Shown: in pieces, positions 9,701-17,053 of the stretch | How positions within the stretch are numbered: the first letter of the stretch is position 1 | Layout: every line of letters begins with the position of its first letter | Assembly (NCBI GenBank): GCA_019057385.1 | Contig: JAHQJS010000004.1 | Span: forward strand, 741,062 to 805,061 | From: Candidatus Borrarchaeum weybense | Lineage (GTDB): Archaea > Asgardarchaeota > Sifarchaeia > Borrarchaeales > Borrarchaeaceae | Direction of reading: 5' to 3' | DNA: 64,000 bases | Made by a program: the position numbers and the translations under genes | Notes under the pieces: generated by a model | Databases searched by the model: none | What the model was told of the DNA's origin: nothing | Seen by the model: only the letters and a program-made list of their open reading frames with translations

Positions 9701-10765
9701 ATTGGGGTTTGTGATGGCGTAAAACTCAAACAACAAGTCTATAATAAACTTGGTGACAGAATTTTTCCTGAGAGACATTTAAAGAAAGCGCCACGAGTTC
9801 CCTCTGATCAGTACAATGACGTTTTTAATTTCCAGATAACTGACACACTTAAAGAACGTGCAGAAAGACTAAGAAGAACAGTCGAGGGTGCACATTTTGC
9901 CAGGATAATTGTAACGAGTAAAAAACTAAGTAATGTTCTTCTTACACTACAAGCTGAAAAGGATGAATTGTTAAATTCAAGAGACGTCGAAAGGTTATTC
10001 TTCAAACAAATGAATGTTGTCGCCCACACTGTTATGCATTGGACTGGGAATAGAGATAATCTTCTCAGTTTTGAAGGAATTGGTGAACGTTACGCCTGGG
10101 AAGGTTTGAAACTTATTGTGAAAGATACTGCTTTGAAATGTGGTAGTCGGACTCAGGAGCGGCATATCTTTTCTGTTCCCTTTATCGGAATGGTGAAGGC
10201 ACGTTCGCCCTTTAGCACAGGACTTAATGCTATATACCGTCGCGCGCTTCAATTCTGTCGACACGCCCTCTATAATGTGGGTTTTTCTTGGCATCCCGGG
10301 GAACTTGTCTTGCATTTTCAAAGAGGGAAAGGACAACGAATTTCCATAGGTGCTATCCTCGACTTTCGCGAACTGTTTCTTCCACTCTTTAGATATGTGT
10401 ATGCTAAAGCATGTAAAGAGAGAGAAATTAATGAAAACGATTTCATACGATCAAACACCCATCGGGGAGAAGAAATATATTCGCTTACCGAGAAGGGAGA
10501 GGAGAAGATTAGCAAGTTATTTGAAAGAATAATGAATGAACGGGTTTATTATCTGAACACATTTATGCCATTACATACCGCTATAAAGCAATGCGCTAAG
10601 TCTCTCTGCAACTTTCTATTGCATAAATCGCCTTTTTCTCCTTTTATCTGTGCTTTGGATGAAGAACAATTTAAAGAGATTTCTAAACGATTTCAAAATA
10701 TAGAACGATTTTGTGCTTCATTAGGAAAAGGACCTCCGATTCCTAATGTGTTTGCTATGGCATAA
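6773..10765 (+). CDS. Ski2/Hel308-like SF2 helicase fused to wHTH, Zn fingers and a C-terminal diverged Cas1-like integrase domain
   Basis: Helicase motifs APTGAGKT, VPTRRL, TTYE, DEMH, LAAT, HAGL, QMIGRAARP. Cys clusters CGSC..C..C and CHIC..CPNC. C-terminal LLSFEGIGERYAW / PFSTGLNAIY / VLH..ISIGAILDFRELF match the Cas1 E..H..DxxE catalytic pattern. Confidence 0.8.
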   Translation: MDIYSVIERLIQANYHKLWFFQDKSVRAFREGKDILIKAPTGAGKTLIPLICATLVLGEKLRCVFLVPTRRLIDQTYDQLEDWFKSLPRYQKKYRIVKVTGDERPSHREIKRANIIVTTYESFNGLLSKQYEYALLKKVGLVIVDEMHYISDAERGGRLEDAIVKAKLWLRRRPQMIYLAATLGNAEEIGEWLKAEVIQTTKRHSKIIVGTPIKVYDEYERLETIFRLIKETYELEVGAKETDKRCVLIFCRRRQDTELRAWELTKKCEDMCYKLTVSYSHAGLKAIERQRRMKSFRKGEIDVLFTTTEYREGIDAPVLRIIIADTEVFDSLELEQMIGRAARPRFFEIGYANLIIQGNVNVILSKNEISIENGAIQFKEKPLKSQAKRYLSGIILNRVARGAVSTGQLIRYLKEFYFYYEEKRRISNWNRLLHTAISKQEVFILTKENDKKLFSLINGNERYRREDKANFQLFVKGFLSHVFEAVKVRKKRTKRKKKYKLESEVVCDLLKEYSHIEHKRSEKRLKEQVKIHLLYLIHAGFLERKYNKVDAIKSGKYRATDEGRWASQFLLRVNDALKIHQFFQTRRFYSDDDTFEKLANLIGERVCEHDNERYGVKQYSGFIKFLVLGFDLDEAAKKTGIRLGDAEGCRKTATWMAEAMQAYVEMNIPFIIPVAKSIVESLTLRERDDPRKKVRRYVKEKAPPYPGIQEAINAVLEQGRIVTYDDLHEVITDRYGDSIARITTIRNVLDLAVHGKLVKFSRGKGVGRPLSQVCSTKAQIPEYFHKTCGSCVFRITITDESEKEHENQRYICELRRDYNKHTKTNTLSSYVTQKYGACRYHNSSRKRKLRSIKSLKAINALEAICHICQAAVVQIPQTYNRYTRCPNCDSEYYYRWDGRINVKPGVGDLLQDALKDILGKVVKPTKIWQKREGDIQRHYMKLIIKKGENAYVNQNKLFYIPKEGKARSYLLDAIHFIGVCDGVKLKQQVYNKLGDRIFPERHLKKAPRVPSDQYNDVFNFQITDTLKERAERLRRTVEGAHFARIIVTSKKLSNVLLTLQAEKDELLNSRDVERLFFKQMNVVAHTVMHWTGNRDNLLSFEGIGERYAWEGLKLIVKDTALKCGSRTQERHIFSVPFIGMVKARSPFSTGLNAIYRRALQFCRHALYNVGFSWHPGELVLHFQRGKGQRISIGAILDFRELFLPLFRYVYAKACKEREINENDFIRSNTHRGEEIYSLTEKGEEKISKLFERIMNERVYYLNTFMPLHTAIKQCAKSLCNFLLHKSPFSPFICALDEEQFKEISKRFQNIERFCASLGKGPPIPNVFAMA

Positions 10766-11026
10766 ATCAAATATCATTTTCTGTTTTTTCCTTTGACTTG
10801 GATTAGTGTTGACCATTTATGCAACCCTTTTTGTTATGGCAGAAATTTAAAGTTTTCATGAATTTTTAGCCATTTTTCTTAAAAATTTATTGATTCAAAA
10901 CAACTTTTTACTAAAGTATAAAGGATTTTTCTTATGTTTCCAAAAAGATAGTTGAAAACGTCTTTAAAATGCTTTATTTTCAAAAAGAAGTGTATAAAAT
11001 ACTTCATTATACTAAAAAAAGGTAGA

Positions 11027-11048
11027 GAAAGCGATAGGTTTATATATC
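11027..11048 (+). promoter_or_regulatory. Putative archaeal BRE/TATA promoter of the cas7-like gene
   Basis: Purine-rich stretch, then TTTATATA at 11039-11046, about 45 nt before the ATG; GAGGT SD at 11080. Confidence 0.55.
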
Positions 11049-11091
11049 TGGTTGCAAAAGGTATATTTGAAAAATCAACGAGGTTAGTCAA

Positions 11092-11877
11092 ATGAAAACC
11101 ACAAAAAAACAAATTGTAGTTCGTGCCTATACTCCGATTGCCAAGCCCCTGAATGCCTCCATCCAGAAAAACTCTACTATGTTGCTTCTCGGTGAAATTC
11201 CGTATACAAATGGAGGAAAGACCTTCAATACTAAGGTGTATTACATCAAGGGTCTGCGTGGCATGTTACGACATGCTGCAATGAAACTTGCGTATGATTG
11301 TGGGATTGAAGTTTGCCATACTAGCGAAAAAACCGAACTCAAAGATGGTACAAAACTGATGCCTGTGGGATTTCATACATTAGGGAGTTGTGATCCTCCT
11401 TGTATTCTTCAGCGTATCTTTGGCAGTTTTCGCAAAGAGTCTCGAATTTCAGTTTCGGCGGATCCTATTACTTCTATCTCTCATAAAGACTATACAACCG
11501 ATGTAGCGGTGCAAAAAGTCCATATTGCCAGCGAAAATCGAATAGCCATGAGCTTTGAGCGGATTCCGATACAGGATTTTCGTGAAAGTTATTTCAGCGG
11601 TTATTTTACCTTCTCCATTGATGTGACTCAATTAACCAAAGAGGAAATTAAGTTTCTTATTGAATCATTGCTCTATATCGAGACACTTGGCGGCGGTAAA
11701 AATGCAGGCTATGGGCAGGTCAAATTATTAGACTTTGATCTCCAAAATATTGAAGTCGAGAAAAAAATAGAACGAGAAGATGGCGTCTATAAGTTCTCTG
11801 AGGACATAAAAGCTGAACCAGTTGTACTTGACGGTATTGAGGATTGGAGGGAAACTATAGTCTCAGTAGACACATGA
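11092..11877 (+). CDS. cas7: Cas7-group RAMP protein
   Basis: KGLRGMLRH helix, Cys insert with CILQRIFGS, thumb region ENRI, glycine-rich loop LGGGKNAGYGQV. Confidence 0.85.
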   Translation: MKTTKKQIVVRAYTPIAKPLNASIQKNSTMLLLGEIPYTNGGKTFNTKVYYIKGLRGMLRHAAMKLAYDCGIEVCHTSEKTELKDGTKLMPVGFHTLGSCDPPCILQRIFGSFRKESRISVSADPITSISHKDYTTDVAVQKVHIASENRIAMSFERIPIQDFRESYFSGYFTFSIDVTQLTKEEIKFLIESLLYIETLGGGKNAGYGQVKLLDFDLQNIEVEKKIEREDGVYKFSEDIKAEPVVLDGIEDWRETIVSVDT

Positions 11878-11943
11878 GGGGATTAAATGATTCATGAAAA
11901 GGCTTTATTTCATTTCTTTTCTTTTTTCTCTTCTCTTCTCATC

Positions 11944-12075
11944 CATGACGGTCTGCTACTTGCATATCGCGGGTGGCACGTTCTGGTACATGAGACCGAA
12001 CCATCTGAGAGGCCCCACGCCTCCAGTATTGATGGGGACGGATGACAGGCAACGGGACGATAAAAGTGATATCCA
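11944..12075 (+). ncRNA. Putative structured ncRNA, copy 1 (132 nt)
   Basis: About 75% identical by hand alignment to 13034-13159, with compensatory changes in stems; GC-rich in AT-rich context; G-U pairs favour the + strand. Confidence 0.65.
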
Positions 12076-12113
12076 ATATACGAATAAAAGGTAAAGAAAC
12101 CGATATGGTTAGA

Positions 12114-12142
12114 TATCCCGTTATATTCATTCTAACGGGATA
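12114..12142. repeat. Perfect 10-bp inverted repeat (hairpin or operator) upstream of the Cas5-HD gene
   Basis: TATCCCGTTA-N9-TAACGGGATA. Confidence 0.8.
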
Positions 12143-12164
12143 AACACTATAATGAGGGTTAGAA

Positions 12165-12974
12165 ATGGTAAAAAACTGGGTTAAATTGACGGGCATAACG
12201 AAAACACCTGTGATCTCCAAGCGAAAACGATTTGGAATTAAGGGCATAGGAGTGATTACTATTCATGGTCGTCCTAGAGCCTTCGGCAAACTGACAAAAG
12301 GAGAAAGACGGGCACCCATGACTTTTAGAGCATGGTATGGACATGTTGAGTTTATTGTTCCAGAACATAAACTTGAGACCGCATTCTCCATTGATCGCCT
12401 CGGACGCTACACCCATGAAGGCATGGGACTCATACAATGGAACGAAGTGAAAAAACTCCACAATAAGCCTCTCTACTTCTCGAGAAATATCATCATCCGA
12501 AAAATGCTCCCTTCCAACCTTACCGAAATACAACAAAAACTCATGATCGCTATGCTTCTCCATGACTTCGTTAATACCGAAAGGCACTCAAGTAAAATCT
12601 ATACTGAAATCAATATTCTTGATGAAGAAATCTACAAATTAGTAAAAAATCACCACAACTATGATACCGACGAAAAACAACTTCCTCTTCTTTCTATCCT
12701 TCAATATTATGATAGATTATCTTCCTCTATTTCTCGAAAATTCAAGTGGTCTGCTTACTCGCGGTATCGCGTCACAGAATTAGAAAAAATTGATTTTCAA
12801 GTTCTAAAAAGGGAAATTGAATCACGACAACATTCTATTTATCCCCTTTATACCTCTATCCGTAAATCACAAATTCTTGGCAAAATAAATGAAGCACTCG
12901 CTTTTGGCTTTTCTTCTCTGAAGAACCATCTACTCTTAATGGTGAACCTCTATCTTAATGATTTACCGAGTTGA
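12165..12974 (+). CDS. Compact Cas5-like RAMP fused to an HD nuclease domain
   Basis: N-terminal KLTGITKTP strand and G-rich loop LGRYTHEGMG; C-terminal MLLHD, KNHH and YYDRLSS motifs typical of CRISPR-associated HD domains. Confidence 0.7.
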   Translation: MVKNWVKLTGITKTPVISKRKRFGIKGIGVITIHGRPRAFGKLTKGERRAPMTFRAWYGHVEFIVPEHKLETAFSIDRLGRYTHEGMGLIQWNEVKKLHNKPLYFSRNIIIRKMLPSNLTEIQQKLMIAMLLHDFVNTERHSSKIYTEINILDEEIYKLVKNHHNYDTDEKQLPLLSILQYYDRLSSSISRKFKWSAYSRYRVTELEKIDFQVLKREIESRQHSIYPLYTSIRKSQILGKINEALAFGFSSLKNHLLLMVNLYLNDLPS

Positions 12975-13033
12975 GTTCTTATGTTCCAAATTATGGTGTT
13001 ATTGTTTCTCTTCATTGGTAAATGCATCAACTA

Positions 13034-13159
13034 CAAGACGGAATGCTCTTCGCTCTACGCCCAGAGCACGTTCTTGTGCATGAGACTGCACCTGAGAGGT
13101 CCCACGCCTTCTTCGACGGGAATGTATGACAGGCACAGGGACGATAAAAGTGATACCCA
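13034..13159 (+). ncRNA. Putative structured ncRNA, copy 2 (126 nt), abutting the putative right junction
   Basis: Homologous to 11944-12075; shared blocks GCACGTTCT, CATGAGAC, CTGAGAGG, CCCACGCCT, ATGACAGGCA, GGGACGATAAAAGTGATA. Confidence 0.65.
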
Positions 13160-13170
13160 TCAGTATTTCA
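13160..13170. repeat. Candidate 11-bp target-site duplication, right copy (includes the stop codon of the HerA-like gene)
   Basis: TCAGTATTTCA, identical to 2011-2021. Confidence 0.5.
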
Positions 13171-15064
13171 GAAATGGACGACCCAGAAGAATGTATTCTA
13201 TGAAATTAGCTCGTTTAGCGCTCTTTATAATTTTCTCAAATTTCTTACGAACCCGATTTTCATCAACGTTTAATTCAGACACATCTATTTCGTCCATAAC
13301 GTTTTTAAGAAGTTTTTCGAAATCATAGACAAGTTTCTCGCCCTCCAAGTGGGCTAAACCCGTTTTAAGGGCGGTATTCACCTCTATGTAATACCACTCA
13401 CGAGCAACTGGGTACTTTAGATGCCCCTTTTTTACTAAATCTCTAAGGAATTCCAAGCCAAATTCAGTGTGTCCTAACTCTTCTAAACGTGCTGCTAATG
13501 CGGCGATGACATCTTCATTTGACGAGGGTGTCTTAACTCCAACGATACGTGGACGCTTTAATGCAGTTTCTAATTCTTCCTCACTCATTTTCGGTGTTGG
13601 TAGTTCATCCAAAATGTCCTCTTCTTTGATTATCTCTTTGTCCTTAATTTTATCTTTTGGTTTCATACCCACTGGTGTTTCAATTTCGGTTTTTGGTTCA
13701 ATTGTTTCGGTTGGGGGTTGAACTTCTTCAGGTTTCACTTCGGGGACTTTGGTGACTTCGGGAGTCGACTCTTCGATAATTCCTGCTGAGATAAGTGCTT
13801 CTTTCAGTTTTCTTACATCATTTTCTGTTAATGTTTCATGTTCTGTAAGTAACCAGCGCGTTTTAAAAAATTGAATATCCTTTTTCAAGTCTGGGGACAC
13901 AAGTACAAAATTACCTGCTTCGAGCCGTGGTAATTTATTGATGATTTTTGCTGCTCGGGTTTCACCGGCACCTGCAGTCACGATGTGTTCAATGGCTTCA
14001 CGAGATTGACGGGCGGTAATTCTTCCTATCGCAAAAGTGTTCATCTGCTCAAAAGCTTTGTAGTCCACGTCCTTAGGGCTTTGGGTCGCAATAATGCAGA
14101 TAACTCCATATTTGCGTGCCTGACGAAATATAAGTTTCAACCCTTCCTTTGGACCAGGTTTCACTGTCCCTGAAGGACAAAAAGGAGCAATCTCGTCAAT
14201 GAAGAAAATCAATCGTGGTTTTTTGGAGGAGCCTTGGTTTATCATCCAATCATACAAGCGGTTCACTAATATCGAAATGAAAAAATGCCTTTCTTCATCT
14301 GTTGTGAGGGTTTTGAGAAAGAAAACATTGATAGGTGTACGCCCTTTTTCTTTCTTTATTAACTTCGTGATATTTAGTCTCTCTCCTAATTCAAAAAGCA
14401 ATTCTGACGTCCCAATTGTTAAACTTCTAATGGATTGACTTAGTCGTTCTCTTTCAGCATCTTTTAGATACTTTCCATAGTCGACTGAATTTAATGGATC
14501 TTCTACAAGAAGATCTGCTAAATGTTTCAAATCTTTAATTTCTTTATCTTTTTGCCAGTAGTTTTTCATAAGTTCGTAAATCACCGCAAATGCTTTTGAT
14601 TCATAGCTGCTCGGCAGCCCAGTTACCTTTATTAGAACCCTTACCAGTGTACGGCTGGAATTGTCGAGTAACCTGATAGCATCTTCATGTTCTGCCTTCA
14701 CATCAGGAAATACTATGGGATCTATACAGATTGGAAGACCCTTTGTTGAAGCAGGAGTAAATATTTTTACATAAACTTTGTCCTTATATTCTCTAAGCAT
14801 TTTTAATGGAAGTCCATGTTCTTCTATGACTTTTGGATCGGCAAGCTTAATCAACGAAGCAATATCACCTTGAGGGTCCAAGGCAATTATTGGGATTCCT
14901 TCTTTAGCTGCTTCTTCAATAATAATTTTTGCTAAAACGGTCTTACCAGACCCTGTCGATCCAAAAGCTGCCATATGTCTAACTAAAATTTTGGCAGGTA
15001 TTTCCAAATGCTTTTCTGTAGGATTTCCATCCTTATCTACTTCATAACCTATAAATAGTGACAT
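13160..15064 (-). CDS. HerA/FtsK-superfamily ATPase (DUF87-like) with acidic/Pro-rich linker and C-terminal domain
   Basis: HMAAFGSTGSGKT, ALDPQGD, FFIDEI, ARKYGV..ATQSP motifs. Confidence 0.85.
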   Translation of the reverse strand: MSLFIGYEVDKDGNPTEKHLEIPAKILVRHMAAFGSTGSGKTVLAKIIIEEAAKEGIPIIALDPQGDIASLIKLADPKVIEEHGLPLKMLREYKDKVYVKIFTPASTKGLPICIDPIVFPDVKAEHEDAIRLLDNSSRTLVRVLIKVTGLPSSYESKAFAVIYELMKNYWQKDKEIKDLKHLADLLVEDPLNSVDYGKYLKDAERERLSQSIRSLTIGTSELLFELGERLNITKLIKKEKGRTPINVFFLKTLTTDEERHFFISILVNRLYDWMINQGSSKKPRLIFFIDEIAPFCPSGTVKPGPKEGLKLIFRQARKYGVICIIATQSPKDVDYKAFEQMNTFAIGRITARQSREAIEHIVTAGAGETRAAKIINKLPRLEAGNFVLVSPDLKKDIQFFKTRWLLTEHETLTENDVRKLKEALISAGIIEESTPEVTKVPEVKPEEVQPPTETIEPKTEIETPVGMKPKDKIKDKEIIKEEDILDELPTPKMSEEELETALKRPRIVGVKTPSSNEDVIAALAARLEELGHTEFGLEFLRDLVKKGHLKYPVAREWYYIEVNTALKTGLAHLEGEKLVYDFEKLLKNVMDEIDVSELNVDENRVRKKFEKIIKSAKRANFIEYILLGRPFLKY

Positions 15065-15369
15065 TTTTTACCACATTAGAGAGCTAAACGAATACCGATT
15101 GAATCATGAAAAATCACTCACGATCTCAAATAAAGCTTTTCACAAAGTTTTAAAAATCTCTTGTAAAATCGACGAAAACTCAATAATCAATGCAAACACT
15201 AATTTATTGTAACTTTACAGTTTAAGGACAAATCTAAACCCTATTAGCGTCTATTCTATGTGTGAGTGGACAAAGAACAGCAAGTCGGCAATGATAGATT
15301 TAACTATAGTAGTAAAAGTAAAATAGAAAGAAAAAAAGAATTCGGGAGCACCCCTTGCAGGGTGCACGT

Positions 15370-15993
15370 CTAACTCGGTACTTCTTCATATCGACCGCGA
15401 AGTACAACGCCTAGGAGTATGAGTAGCCCAGCTGAAATGGCTCCTAATACCCACGCCGACGTATTAAAGCCGGCAGCTATGTACAAACTGTTGAAGCCAG
15501 CGAGTATCAAGCTTAAGAACACACCTAAAATCAACGAGAACAAGATAAATCTAGCAGTTGTTTCTTTAGAAACTTCTCGTCCCTTGCCTTGTAAAACATC
15601 TACGATGAACCCGAGTTGGCTTAATCCCCACAGAAATATAAATGCCACAAAAATCACTGTCGCATAGTTGAACATCGCTTGTGTCATTTCTGCTTGACTA
15701 GTTCCAGGCCATACAGGCAACATTCCTAGACTGTAGAAGTATCCCGCACCTAAGATTGCTGCAATTACGAACAAAAAGGCAAAAATGTTTCCAAATAGCA
15801 AATCGTCAGGGTGCACGTAGCCTACTCTTCCTTTCTCCTTGAAGAAAGTATTGATGATTGCTACGAACAACACTATCGCAAGAAATACAAATGTGACATA
15901 GTATACAGTTAAGCTCTGAAGCCAAAGACTAAAGACTAATACAGCGCCTCCTATCCCAGACGCCATAGCACCGAAGAAAATCAATCTAACCAC
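15370..15993 (-). CDS. Multi-pass membrane protein, unknown function
   Basis: About six hydrophobic segments; GGAGGT SD before GTG. Confidence 0.7.
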   Translation of the reverse strand: MVRLIFFGAMASGIGGAVLVFSLWLQSLTVYYVTFVFLAIVLFVAIINTFFKEKGRVGYVHPDDLLFGNIFAFLFVIAAILGAGYFYSLGMLPVWPGTSQAEMTQAMFNYATVIFVAFIFLWGLSQLGFIVDVLQGKGREVSKETTARFILFSLILGVFLSLILAGFNSLYIAAGFNTSAWVLGAISAGLLILLGVVLRGRYEEVPS

Positions 15994-16127
15994 ATAATGA
16001 CCTCCAAAATTACCCTAATATCTATTCATATTATATATTATTTGTATTTAATAGGCGACAAAATTACTTAAAAAACCTTGCTTTTGACAATAAAACAATT
16101 TTGAAAGATAATAAACAAGGTGCAAAT

Positions 16128-16967
16128 ATGCCAATTATTGTAACTTCATCTGCCTCAATCGCTGGTAGAACGCTTCATACGCAATTCATTGAACATTATT
16201 CTTTTGAGAAAACAGGAGAGTATTTCGAAAATAATCCAATATACGAGTACCAAACTCAAGATAGATTGATAAAACTCTTAATAACGAGCAGGAAAATTAT
16301 TGAAGCTGACCACCTGAACGAATTTACTACAGATTTGTTTATTTTCGCCAGTAAACATGAATCTGCAGCTAAAGTACCTGCACTTTTAACGCATTCTACC
16401 GGTAATTGGACTATGGAAGCTAAATTTGGTGGTCATCCTAATGAACTTGGTATTGCACCCGCCTTTGCGATTAAAGAAGCATTACTTGAACTTCATAATC
16501 AGAAGACTCGATTAGATCTAGAACAATATGATGTATCTTTAGAAGTTAGTCATCATGGCCCTACTAATTTGAATGCCCCAATTGTTTTTATTGAAGTTGG
16601 AAGCACTCCTGATCAATGGAGTGATAAAAAAGCAGCAGAAGCAGTAGTTAATGCGGCAATGCGTGTTGCTTCTACAAAAAAAAGATACAAAACAGTTATA
16701 GGCATCGGAGGCGGGCATTATGCACCGGAATTTAATCATCTACTTTTGAAAACAGAATATGCAATATCTCACATAGCGCCAAAGTATGTTTTAGATACAA
16801 TTAGCGAAAGCATGATTAAACAAGCAATCGAGCGATCCTTTGAAAAAATTGAATTATGTGTGTTGGATTGGAAAGGTATGAAAAGCCATCATAAAGAAGT
16901 GCTTCTCCAGATCCTTGAGGAATTGCATTTACCTTTTACAAAAGTTCGTAAACTGTTGCGAGCTTAA
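16128..16967 (+). CDS. dtdA: Archaeal D-aminoacyl-tRNA deacylase (DTD2)
   Basis: SKHES, THSTGN, EVSHHGPT, FIEVGS, GGGHYAP motifs; ATG after AGGTG SD. Confidence 0.9.
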   Translation: MPIIVTSSASIAGRTLHTQFIEHYSFEKTGEYFENNPIYEYQTQDRLIKLLITSRKIIEADHLNEFTTDLFIFASKHESAAKVPALLTHSTGNWTMEAKFGGHPNELGIAPAFAIKEALLELHNQKTRLDLEQYDVSLEVSHHGPTNLNAPIVFIEVGSTPDQWSDKKAAEAVVNAAMRVASTKKRYKTVIGIGGGHYAPEFNHLLLKTEYAISHIAPKYVLDTISESMIKQAIERSFEKIELCVLDWKGMKSHHKEVLLQILEELHLPFTKVRKLLRA

Positions 16968-17053
16968 CGTAATGGATTTTGTGTGATATTCTAAATATAA
17001 CAAAATTTTTTAAAACTTTATTACAGTCGAAGGTTTGATCTAAAATTAAGTCT

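Larger units (their letters stand above)
2022..13159. mobile_element. Putative Cas1-associated mobile element (~11.1 kb) carrying LRR genes, a TA pair, helicase-Cas1, Cas7, Cas5-HD and two structured RNA copies
   Basis: Bounded by an 11-bp direct repeat; right boundary coincides with the end of homology between the two ncRNA-like copies; accessory gene content. No convincing terminal inverted repeats seen. Confidence 0.45.

Noticed and set aside
10766-11091. AT-rich intergenic region as a possible CRISPR leader or array
   Set aside because: No regularly spaced repeats found; only a promoter-like motif
11894-12094. 66-aa ORF sharing HLRGPTP and RDDKSD with the ORF at 12981-13328
   Set aside because: Most differences between the copies are non-synonymous yet preserve base pairing, the N-termini are unrelated, and the second ORF overlaps the HerA-like gene. 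RNA-level conservation fits better, although both indels are 3 nt, so peptides are not fully excluded.
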